Source: Pseudomonadota bacterium (lineage in GTDB: Bacteria > Pseudomonadota > Alphaproteobacteria > Caulobacterales > Hyphomonadaceae). From it: 32,000 nucleotides of DNA. The position numbers were made by a program, and so were the translations under genes. The DNA is taken from contig JBCDLC010000028.1 in assembly GCA_038745855.1 (NCBI GenBank), forward strand, positions 10,476 to 42,475, in the 5' to 3' direction. The notes under the pieces were generated by a model. It was not told the DNA's origin, ran no database searches, and saw only the letters and a list, made by a program, of their open reading frames with translations. Positions 1 through 7,799 of this stretch are shown here, in pieces (position 1 is the stretch's first letter; every line of letters starts with the position of its first letter).

Positions 1-135
1 CGTAACCGTGATCGCCTGAAGCCGGCGATCTTCCGGTTCAGCCGCGGGGGCATCAGCAGTTTGAGCGAGCGCGGTAGTCGCGCAAAAAACGGTTGAGATA
101 GCGAGGAGAGACACGCCATTCTTGATGGTCGACAT
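1..135 (-). CDS. TonB-dependent outer-membrane receptor, N-terminal fragment (gene continues past the window start)
   Basis: Absent from the ORF track because it runs off the edge. Reverse-strand translation from ATG (plus-strand cat at 133..135) reads MSTIKNGVSLLAISTVFCATTALAQTADAPAAEPEDRRLQAITVT. That is a signal peptide ending ALA-Q followed by an L-x-A-I-T-V-T TonB-box-like segment. A purine run GGGAAA lies just upstream of the ATG. Confidence 0.65.
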   Translation of the reverse strand, partial: MSTIKNGVSLLAISTVFCATTALAQTADAPAAEPEDRRLQAITVT

Positions 136-1180
136 GTAGATTTCCCTTGTCAGCCCCGGGGCGCGCAGGAGGGCGCCACATCGGGTGTCGCTGGACCAGA
201 CCCGTGTTAGTCACGACGCCTCCCCTACAGGAACCTTCGATGATTGAAAGACCCCATGGCCATATCCGCGCACCCCAACAACGCTCTTTGTCGTCACTTT
301 TGATATTTTTATACGTAAAAACAGTGATATAGGAATATGTGCTTTATTTGTCACAGCCTAAGCGGATCGCAGTAAACGGTTAGACAGCCTAAAAATGTCA
401 TGCTGTGAGTGGTGTCCCAGCGATGTTTACGCAGGTTCGCCAACCCCAAAAGCGCTTGCCACGGCCCAAACAGAGTTTATCCAACAGCGGCCACGAAAAA
501 TCCTTAACGTAATCAGAGCGCTATAAAAAAGTGGCCGCCGCCAATCCTCCCCCTTCCCCGCCGTGGTATAGTCCGGGTCATGGATCTTCTGGTGTTCTTC
601 TTTTTATCCGCAGCGGGGCTGTTCTCAGCTTTTGCGGGGCTTCGGTTTGGCCCGCCCGCTCGCGGTTTTCAGGATTCTTGGGCTGTCCACCGTCTCAGCA
701 TTTGCGAGCCGGTGAACAAAAGACACCAGGCACAGGTCCAATCCAGGGGATTTACGACCCCCGAAGCGGCACCGGCTCACCCGTGCGCGCCATCCTTCCC
801 CATGCGACTGACCTCGCGACGGTTATCGTCCTCAGTTCGTGGGCGGGCCAGTCTGCTGGCCTTTGGGATTGAAAGCGCCCGCGCAGCCATCGCCGCTCCT
901 CAACCGACCCCCACACGGCCCGGAGCCTTACACACTCCCACACCCGTGCACGCGGCACGCCTACGGCTGGTCCGGACTCTCTCCGGCCACGTCGCAGCAG
1001 CGGCCGCACCCCCATATCCAGCCTGATTTAGAGGGCCGGAGCTCAGCCAACCCTGCCGGACGCGCCATGGCGCGGACCGGGCAGACCTGCTGGCGAAAAC
1101 GCTGGTAGCCGCATGCGCGCGGAATCGGACGACCCCACCAAGGGCCGGCAAAACTTCGGCTCAGGCCAGGTCTTCAGACC

Positions 1181-1375
1181 TCAAAGCCCGTCGATATCCC
1201 GGCCCAGTTGCCGGTCCTGATCGGTGATGATCTGTTCCAGCGTGCGGATTCGCGCGCGTAATTCTTCGATCGTACCATTCTGGCGGGTCTTTTCGCCCAC
1301 CCTTTGGCCCATGGCCCACATGCCGATCGTCAGCCACAGCATGGCGAACAGGAGTAACAGGAAAAGCAGGTTCAT
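1181..1375 (-). CDS. Small single-pass membrane protein, PspB-like (64 aa)
   Basis: N-terminal hydrophobic helix (LLFLLLLFAMLWLTIGMWAM). The C-terminal amphipathic segment ELRARIRTLEQIITDQDRQL resembles the PspB C-terminus (RIQALESILD in E. coli PspB, from memory). Strong SD AAGGAGA sits 4-5 nt before the ATG. Confidence 0.65.
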   Translation of the reverse strand: MNLLFLLLLFAMLWLTIGMWAMGQRVGEKTRQNGTIEELRARIRTLEQIITDQDRQLGRDIDGL

Positions 1376-1507
1376 TCGGTCTCCTTTTGCAAGTGTTCAA
1401 ACAGCGGGCGCGCGGACAAAAAGCGGCACACCGGAGCGGCGAGGACCATCGTGTTGGCCCCCTTTTTTGGGCCTAAGCGCCAATCTGGATCTATCAGGCC
1501 GACCCTA

Positions 1508-1750
1508 TCAGGCCAGCCTGGAAATCTCGTCGGCAAGCACCTTGTCGCGGTCGGTCACAATTTTCTCCAACACCCGCACCCGCTCTTTCAGCCGAGCAAT
1601 TTCGGCGCGCATGTCAGCAAGCTCTTTCTCGTTCTCTGCACCCGTCGAGCTGTTATCCCGCGTTTGCAAATACGTCTTCAAGACACCTGCAGCCATCACC
1701 ACGGTCACGATCATGACCACCATCGTGAAGGGGCTATCGATATCAAACAT
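1508..1750 (-). CDS. Small single-pass membrane protein, PspB-like paralog (80 aa)
   Basis: Hydrophobic helix FTMVVMIVTVVMAAGVL, then ELADMRAEIARLKERVRVLEKIVTDRDKVLADEI. It shares the R-[IV]-R-x-L-E-[QK]-I-[IV]-T-D-x-D motif with the neighbouring 64-aa ORF. GGGGAA SD lies upstream of the ATG. Confidence 0.65.
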   Translation of the reverse strand: MFDIDSPFTMVVMIVTVVMAAGVLKTYLQTRDNSSTGAENEKELADMRAEIARLKERVRVLEKIVTDRDKVLADEISRLA

Positions 1751-1946
1751 TCAGTTCCCCGCTTGCTTTGTTCTTATGATTATTGATATTCGATATGTAA
1801 GTTGCCATGAACGTCTGTTCAAGAGCGCGCCATCAACCAAAACGCGTATTGCGCTTTCCCATGCGCGCGCCTGAAATGCGACTTGAAACAGGAAACACTA
1901 GAACGACGATTTGGCGTTTCGTCCACCGCGCGGCATACCGTCGGCC

Positions 1947-2768
1947 ATGAGGATTGCATTTTTCGGTGATGTCGTCGGCCGGGCTGGCCGTGCGGTTGTT
2001 ATGCAGAACCTGCCAGCGGTGCGCGAAAAGCTGGCGCTGGATTTCGTCGTTGTGAACGCCGAGAACGCAGCGGGTGGATTTGGCCTCACGCGCGCGATCG
2101 CCGAGGATCTCTTTGCCGCCGGTGCCGATTGCCTGACCCTTGGCGATCATGCCTGGGACCAGAGGGAGATCTTCGATTTTATCGATGACGAGCCGCGGAT
2201 CCTTCGGCCGCTCAACTATCCGCCAAGGGGTCAAACCCCCGGCCGGGGCGCTCACCTCTTCGTGCTGCCCAGCGGCGCTCGGGTTGGTGTTATCCAGGCG
2301 CAGGGGAACGTGTTCATGCGCCAAATCCTCGACAATGCCTTCATCACGGTGGACGGCGCGCTAGAGGAGCTGGCGCTCGGCCGGGTGTGCGATGCCCTGA
2401 TTGTCGATCTTCACTGTGAAGCGACCAGTGAGAAAATGGCGATGGGTCACCACTGCGATGGCCGCGCCAGTCTCGTCGTCGGAACGCACACCCATGTTCC
2501 CACAGCTGACCACATGATCTTGCCTGGTGGAACCGCCTATCAGACCGATGCGGGCATGTGCGGGGACTATGACAGCGTCATCGGTATGCGGAAGGATATC
2601 TCGATCACCCGCTTCGAAACCCAGATCCAGACAGAGCGCTTCCAACCCGCCAATGGTTCAGGAACGCTTTCGGGGATCTTCGTTGAAACCGACGATGGCA
2701 CGGGGCTCGCCCGGTCCGTCGCGCCCATTCGTGTGGGCGGCCACCTATCGGAGGCTATTCCCGAATAA
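1947..2768 (+). CDS. ymdB: YmdB-family metallophosphoesterase (2',3'-cyclic-nucleotide phosphodiesterase-like, TIGR00282 type)
   Basis: MRIAFFGDVVGRAGR...VVVNAENAAGGFGLT...LTLGDHAWDQREIFDFIDD...RPLNYP matches the remembered YmdB pattern (MRILFIGDVVG...NGENAA.GKG...GNH.WD.KEIFDFIDD). Start moved to the internal ATG at 1947, since family members begin at MRI.F.GD. The track ORF starts at 1911. Confidence 0.85.
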   Translation: MRIAFFGDVVGRAGRAVVMQNLPAVREKLALDFVVVNAENAAGGFGLTRAIAEDLFAAGADCLTLGDHAWDQREIFDFIDDEPRILRPLNYPPRGQTPGRGAHLFVLPSGARVGVIQAQGNVFMRQILDNAFITVDGALEELALGRVCDALIVDLHCEATSEKMAMGHHCDGRASLVVGTHTHVPTADHMILPGGTAYQTDAGMCGDYDSVIGMRKDISITRFETQIQTERFQPANGSGTLSGIFVETDDGTGLARSVAPIRVGGHLSEAIPE

Positions 2769-2792
2769 ACGCGTTTCGCGCGCGCCAGCGGC

Positions 2793-5700
2793 TCAAACAG
2801 CGAAACCATCCATGATGTCGCCATCGTCTTCGGTTGCCCAGAGACCGGCAAGCTCAAAGACTGGAGCCGCCGCGCTTGTTTCTCCGCCACTCGCCTCGGG
2901 CTCGGCTCGCGCCCCATCGGCGCTTGCCGGTCCTGCTGTGGCGCCGACGGCGAAATCGGCGAAATCGAAGACTTCAGAAGTGGGCGGCACCGAAAGTGTG
3001 ACCCCGCTTCGCACATCGGCAAGGTCGGCGTTGAGGAATGTGACCGTGACGTCGCGATCGTTGAAAACAACGTCCCGTCCAGATTGGCGGAAATTCGAAC
3101 GGGCCTGGGAGAGGTTTGCGTAGCCAAAGTCGAGGACGTGGACGATTTCGCCGGCGGCAAATCCGACCACTGTGTCAGAGCCTGCTTCGTTGGCGCTGAA
3201 GACATAGCGGTCGTTTCCTGCCTGGCCATTGAGCCTGTCATCGCCAGCACCGCCAATGAGTATGTCGTTCCCGGCCCCGCCATTCAGTGTGTCGGTTCCG
3301 CTCTGTCCCAGCAGGACATCGGCCCCGGAGGCGCCGTTTAGCGTGTCGCGCCCACCGCCGCCCTCGAGCCGGTCTGCGCCGCCCTGCCCGCCGAGTTGGT
3401 CATTGCCCGATCCGCCAATCAGCACGTCATTCTGGGTGCCGCCATTCAGCGTGTCGTTCCCGGCCCCGCCGTTCAGCCGATCGGCCCCGGAGGCACCATT
3501 GATCAGGTCATTGCCCGCGCCGCCATTGAGAATGTCGTCATCGGCCTGGCCGAAAAGGGAGTCGTTGCCATCGCTGCCGCCGATCGTGTCATCTCCAACG
3601 CCGCCTCGCACCGTATCGTTCCCGGCGCCGCCCCGAACGTCGTCATTGCCCCCTGCGCCATTTACGACGTCATCGCCGTCTCCACCGTTCAATACGTCAT
3701 TGCCGCCCTGACCGTTGAGAATGTCATTCCCATCGCCGCCGCCCGCCTCGTCGGAGCCTGCACCTGTGTTGATCGTGTCGTTGCCGCCTCCGCCGCTGAA
3801 CGTATCGGTTCCCGCGCCGCCATTGAGGAGATCGTCACCGCCGCCGCCATTGATCGTGTCGTTCCCGGCAGAGCCGAGAAGCACATCATTGCCTTCGCGG
3901 CCGTTCAGGGTGTCGTTGCCGTCGCCGCCGCGCAATTCGTCCGTGTCATTGCCGCCGCTGAGTGTGTCGCCGAAGGCCGTGCCGAGGACGATCTCGACGC
4001 TCGAAAAGGTGTCGCCGGCCGCATCGCCAACGGTGCCGCCATTGAGGATATCGGCGATGACGCCCGATGTACTCGCGGTATAGCTAACAGTATCGGTGCC
4101 GCCGCCGCCGGTTATATCGTCAGCCCCGGCGCCGCCGATCAACAGATCATCGCCGCCGCCGCCTGCCAGCGTATCGTCCCCGGTTCCGCCTTCCAGCGTA
4201 TCCTCTTCAGCGCCGCCCTGCAGTGTGTCGTTGCCCGAGCCGCCATCGAGCCGATCATTGCCCCATCCGCCCTGGAGGAGGTCGTTACCAGCCTCTCCGA
4301 ACAGGATGTCATTATCGGATGCAGTGGGCCCCGATGGGTTTGCCGTATCGTTGAACCCGGCGCCCCCAGCAATGGACAGAGCCCGATTGCCGGCGCGATC
4401 GGTCAGGGTGTTGCCGTTGCCCGTATCGGTTCGCCAGTAGTGGGCGAGTCCCTGCTCATTCCCAGGCAGCGTCGTGAAGGCATTGGCCTCGATTTCCTCG
4501 GCTGTACGCACATCGTTGAACAGCCGGATATCACCAACAGTGCCTTGCAGGATCTGGCTCTCCTGAAAGCCGCCACCGACAAAATCCTGGTCTTGCCCAA
4601 CCACAAAAGTTCCGCCCGATTGCAGGACTTCGCCAGCCCGGTGCACACCGCGCTGGGCCAGTTCGCCATCTATATAAATGTTCAGAACGCCCTGGGTATT
4701 GTCCCAGGTCACAGACAACCTGTGCGGCTCGCCATCGGCCAATCGCGACGTCGGTATTACGCTGACAAACTCGAAGCCAACGATAAAGACCGAGAGTGTG
4801 CCGCTGCCGGGCCCTTCATCATCGAAATTGTTGACCCGGCCAGTCACGAGGAACTCGTTGCCCGTGCCAGGAACGGCGTAGGAAGCGAAAACGACATCGA
4901 GCTGCGGTGTCCGGTCGAGTTGGACCAACATTTCGATGGTCACCGATCCGTTCTGAATGCCGGAAGTGTTCTGGGCTTGAAGCGCCTGCTCGAACTCAAC
5001 CGGGTTCGCATTGAGCTGTACGCCGCGGAAATCCCGCGGGTCGGCTTGGGTCTGGGGCTGCGAGTTGTCCCCACCAATGATCGTGTCATTGCCAGCGCCG
5101 CCCCACAGTGTGTTTGCCACATCATTGCCGCGGATCAGGTCACTCCCCGCCGAACCGATGCCATTCTCGATCGTGACACCGTAGGCGATGGACACGTTCC
5201 CGGTGTCGCCATTGACAGAGCTGAAGGATCCTTCCCGCAGGTCGAGCTCTGTTCCTTGGCTTGAGCCCGAAAAATCAAGCGTATCGGTACCGCCTGTATC
5301 CCAAATGGCGACCCCCCGGCCGTCGTCCGCGCTGAGGTCGAACACATCGAGGCCGGTCGTATCGTTGAAACCGTAAACCGTGTTGCCTGATCGTGTCGTC
5401 GTGTTTGTGCCGTACTCCTGCTGGATCGCGAGGATGTCGTGCAGGCCCAGGGTTGCCAGGAAGCCAAAGTCGGCACCCGTATTGGTTTCGCTGAAATAGG
5501 AGAGATTTGTGAACTGCGCGCTGTCGGAAAAGAACTCCGCATCGGCGGCATAGGTGGCGCCGGCGCCGTTGTAGTTGCCGGGATGTGAGAGACCAAGTGC
5601 GTGTCCGGTTTCGTGCAGGAGAAGATTGTAAAGAAAGTTCCCCGGCTCAGCGACTGGATCGAACGAGACGTTGCCGACGACGACGTTCTCGCCATCGAAG

Positions 5701-6209
5701 AACCCGCCACCATTCGTGGTGCCGCTTTGGACCTTGTAGGTAAAGTCGGCGGCATCTGTCGCGGCGACTTCGCGGAAGGTAAGACCGGAGACTTCTGCGT
5801 ACAGCGCGAGGATATCGCGGACGGCCGCCTTGTTGGGCTCACTGAATTCCTCGAAACCGATGCCTGCCGTTGCATTGGTCGCGAAGCTGTAGGTTACTTC
5901 GAGGTCACCATCGATCGCCCACGTCAGTGGGTTTCGAGCAATCAGTCCCGCCGCTTCCTGTGAAGAGATGATGGATTTCCCATTGGTCGCGGTCGTACCG
6001 ACGAGCGTGGGATCGCCCGACGGGTCGAGGAAGCGTAGAGGGCCGCTGTCGAACAGGCGCTGAAGGATCGCGCTGCCTTCAGCATCGGTCTCGCCTCTCT
6101 CGGCGCTGCAGCCCATGCAGCCGCAGAAAGCAGCGTGAGAGAAAGCAGACCCTGGGTCGGCTTTCACGCTGTTACCATCTTCGACGGTCCCACCGACAAC
6201 ATCTACCAT
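2793..6209 (-). CDS. Secreted serralysin-like (M10B) zinc metalloprotease fused to a LamG/ConA-like domain and a very long RTX Ca-binding repeat region; probable type I secretion substrate
   Basis: Zinc site [11 protein letters not shown] is encoded at 5583..5615. The serralysin-like segment [18 protein letters not shown]...[11 protein letters not shown] follows. A first short RTX block is [29 protein letters not shown]. The LamG-like region spans about 4470..4960 ([13 protein letters not shown]...[20 protein letters not shown]). Dozens of GGxGxDxL nonapeptides come next. There is no N-terminal signal peptide, and the non-repeat C-terminal tail is acidic (…[14 protein letters not shown]). Confidence 0.9.
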   Translation of the reverse strand: MVDVVGGTVEDGNSVKADPGSAFSHAAFCGCMGCSAERGETDAEGSAILQRLFDSGPLRFLDPSGDPTLVGTTATNGKSIISSQEAAGLIARNPLTWAIDGDLEVTYSFATNATAGIGFEEFSEPNKAAVRDILALYAEVSGLTFREVAATDAADFTYKVQSGTTNGGGFFDGENVVVGNVSFDPVAEPGNFLYNLLLHETGHALGLSHPGNYNGAGATYAADAEFFSDSAQFTNLSYFSETNTGADFGFLATLGLHDILAIQQEYGTNTTTRSGNTVYGFNDTTGLDVFDLSADDGRGVAIWDTGGTDTLDFSGSSQGTELDLREGSFSSVNGDTGNVSIAYGVTIENGIGSAGSDLIRGNDVANTLWGGAGNDTIIGGDNSQPQTQADPRDFRGVQLNANPVEFEQALQAQNTSGIQNGSVTIEMLVQLDRTPQLDVVFASYAVPGTGNEFLVTGRVNNFDDEGPGSGTLSVFIVGFEFVSVIPTSRLADGEPHRLSVTWDNTQGVLNIYIDGELAQRGVHRAGEVLQSGGTFVVGQDQDFVGGGFQESQILQGTVGDIRLFNDVRTAEEIEANAFTTLPGNEQGLAHYWRTDTGNGNTLTDRAGNRALSIAGGAGFNDTANPSGPTASDNDILFGEAGNDLLQGGWGNDRLDGGSGNDTLQGGAEEDTLEGGTGDDTLAGGGGDDLLIGGAGADDITGGGGTDTVSYTASTSGVIADILNGGTVGDAAGDTFSSVEIVLGTAFGDTLSGGNDTDELRGGDGNDTLNGREGNDVLLGSAGNDTINGGGGDDLLNGGAGTDTFSGGGGNDTINTGAGSDEAGGGDGNDILNGQGGNDVLNGGDGDDVVNGAGGNDDVRGGAGNDTVRGGVGDDTIGGSDGNDSLFGQADDDILNGGAGNDLINGASGADRLNGGAGNDTLNGGTQNDVLIGGSGNDQLGGQGGADRLEGGGGRDTLNGASGADVLLGQSGTDTLNGGAGNDILIGGAGDDRLNGQAGNDRYVFSANEAGSDTVVGFAAGEIVHVLDFGYANLSQARSNFRQSGRDVVFNDRDVTVTFLNADLADVRSGVTLSVPPTSEVFDFADFAVGATAGPASADGARAEPEASGGETSAAAPVFELAGLWATEDDGDIMDGFAV
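3205..4325 (-). repeat. In-frame tandem RTX nonapeptide-coding repeats (GGxGxDxL/I/V) inside the protease gene
   Basis: The protein reads ...[46 protein letters not shown]... continuously across this span. The repetitive DNA also creates long Pro/Ser-rich and Ala/Ile/Val-rich shadow ORFs on the opposite strand. Boundaries are approximate. Confidence 0.85.
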
Positions 6210-6450
6210 ACCGGTCCCCGAATTCTGCGGCGTCCTGTTTGATGTCTAGTCCTACGCTATCCACAGGGTGGCTGGCCACTCTCAAACCATTACGAAGTTC
6301 GTCATGATTTGAATAATCGTGCCGTGCACGATCCTCGCACGCTGGAAGGCACAACAGACAACCCGCAACCGGCTAGAGGCTGCGGGCGATGATGCTGATC
6401 GGCGAATTCCGCCCGGCACCGTCGATCGAATACCGGTTCCGACGAGTGGC

Positions 6451-7089
6451 CTATTTGTTCGGTTGCGGGGTCACCCTGAGATAGGGCCGGATCTCCTTGT
6501 GGCCCTTTGGGAAACGCTTTGCGATTTCGTCTGGATCGGTGACCGACGGGACGATGATCACATCATCACCATCGTTCCAGTTCACGGGCGTTGCGACCTT
6601 GTGGCTGTCGGTGAGTTGCAAACTGTCGATCAGGCGCAGGATTTCATCGAAGTTCCGCCCCGTGCTCGGCGGGTATATGATCGATGCCCGGATCTTCTGG
6701 TTGGGATCGATGACATAAACGGCGCGCACCGTAACCTTCGCGTCAGCGCCGGGGTGGATCATGTTGTAGAGCGACGCAACGGTCTTTTCCGGGTCGCCGA
6801 TGATCGGGAAGTTCACGGCAGTGCCCTGGGTGTCTTCGATATCACTCATCCACGCCTTGTGGCTGTCCACACTGTCGACCGAGATGGCGATGGCTTTGGC
6901 GCCCCTCGCGGTAAGGTCGTCCTTGAGTTTTGCCGTATAGCCCAACTCCGTGGTGCAGACCGGAGTGAAGTCTGCCGGATGGGAGAAAAACACAACCCAA
7001 TCGTCGCCCGCCCATTCGTGGAACTGGATCGGGCCTTCCGTAGTCTCTGCGCTGAAATCCGGCGCCGTATCGCCGATGAGAAGGCTCAT
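6451..7089 (-). CDS. 1-Cys peroxiredoxin (Prx6-type thiol peroxidase)
   Basis: MSLLIGDTAPDFSAETTEGPIQFHEW...WVVFFSHPADFTPVCTTELG carries the peroxidatic PVCTTE motif. Start set at the internal ATG (7087..7089), which is preceded by the GGGAGA SD. The 42-aa upstream extension in the track ORF has no family counterpart. Confidence 0.9.
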   Translation of the reverse strand: MSLLIGDTAPDFSAETTEGPIQFHEWAGDDWVVFFSHPADFTPVCTTELGYTAKLKDDLTARGAKAIAISVDSVDSHKAWMSDIEDTQGTAVNFPIIGDPEKTVASLYNMIHPGADAKVTVRAVYVIDPNQKIRASIIYPPSTGRNFDEILRLIDSLQLTDSHKVATPVNWNDGDDVIIVPSVTDPDEIAKRFPKGHKEIRPYLRVTPQPNK

Positions 7090-7241
7090 CGAATTGTCTC
7101 CCTTGAAATGCTCAGGCATGATGTTGGGGAGGGCGAGCGCTGGGTACAACGCGGACACCCTCAACCAAGGTATGAGTTTTTCTAAGCCCGCCACACGCCT
7201 GGCGACGCCCCACACGACTGCGCAAGGATGCCGCCCCGCCC

Positions 7242-7760
7242 ATGGACCGTCTGATCCTCATGCGCCATTCCAAGACCGAGCCATGGTTCGAAGGGGTTGA
7301 TGACCACGCCAGAGCCCTGACAACGCGTGGCACAGCGGATGCCCTGCTGGTGGCCCAGGCCCTCGCCCATGCGGGGCCCGCTCCAGCGAAAGCGATGGTT
7401 TCCACCGCTCGCCGAACCCGGGAGACGTGGGCTGCGCTGTCGGGCGTGTTCAAGAAAACCGAGACCGAATTGTCCGACGATCTCTACCTGGCGACCGCTG
7501 AGCAGGTTGAGGATATTCTGGTGACCCATAGGAACACCAAAGGGACTGTGATCGTGCTTGGCCACAACCCGGGCATCTACGATTTTGCCTGCACATTGGC
7601 CCGTCGTGGCCGCACCGCTTCTGACCTCCTCGTTAGCCGCTTGTGGGAGAAGTTCCCGACAAGTTGCTCCGCGATCTTCGAGGCTGAACAGGAGGGGCCT
7701 TTCTCAGTCGATGATTTCACCTTGGTCGACGTAATCAGAGTGCGAGATCTGCGGACGTGA
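7242..7760 (+). CDS. Histidine phosphatase superfamily protein (SixA-like phosphohistidine phosphatase)
   Basis: N-terminal LILMRHSK (RH catalytic motif), a second Arg region STARRTRET, and GHNP near residue 120. Its size (172 aa) is typical of SixA. Confidence 0.7.
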   Translation: MDRLILMRHSKTEPWFEGVDDHARALTTRGTADALLVAQALAHAGPAPAKAMVSTARRTRETWAALSGVFKKTETELSDDLYLATAEQVEDILVTHRNTKGTVIVLGHNPGIYDFACTLARRGRTASDLLVSRLWEKFPTSCSAIFEAEQEGPFSVDDFTLVDVIRVRDLRT

Positions 7761-7799
7761 GCATGTCAGGATCGGTTGGCGCCTCGGCTGGCCAGGGCG

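Noticed and set aside
136-530. A possible cobalamin or TPP riboswitch upstream of the TonB-dependent receptor.
   Set aside because: On the relevant minus strand I could not find a B12 box (GCCACTG), the GGGAA/GGTG core arrangement or the thi-box CTGAGA...CCAGCG pattern. This needs a covariance-model scan to be sure.
580-1026. A 148-aa ORF with a hydrophobic N-terminus (MDLLVFFFLSAAGLFSAFAGL) that might be a membrane protein.
   Set aside because: The remainder is Pro/Arg/Ala/Ser-rich low complexity, overlaps four other equally poor ORFs and has only mediocre third-position GC. It is kept as part of the unexplained region in the findings rather than called as a gene.
3205-4325. Periodic short DNA repeats that could suggest a CRISPR array or a satellite.
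   Set aside because: The repeats are in-frame codons for GGxGxDxL units within one uninterrupted ORF. There is no repeat-spacer alternation, leader or cas gene.
3229-4440. A series of Pro/Ser-rich plus-strand ORFs (3229..3711, 3715..4083, 4096..4440) that look like extensin-like repeat proteins.
   Set aside because: They are another antisense frame of the same RTX repeat DNA. The periodicity comes from the nonapeptide-coding repeats on the minus strand.
3396-5264. A 622-aa plus-strand ORF, the second-longest-looking ORF in the left half of the window.
   Set aside because: It is entirely antisense to the RTX/LamG protease gene. It translates to monotonous Ala/Ile/Val/Gly strings that mirror the GGxGxD repeats, with no motif or start context. 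It is a high-GC repeat shadow ORF.
6319-7185. A 288-aa plus-strand ORF.
   Set aside because: It is antisense to the well-supported peroxiredoxin gene. The sequence is Arg/Asp/Val-rich with no recognisable family.
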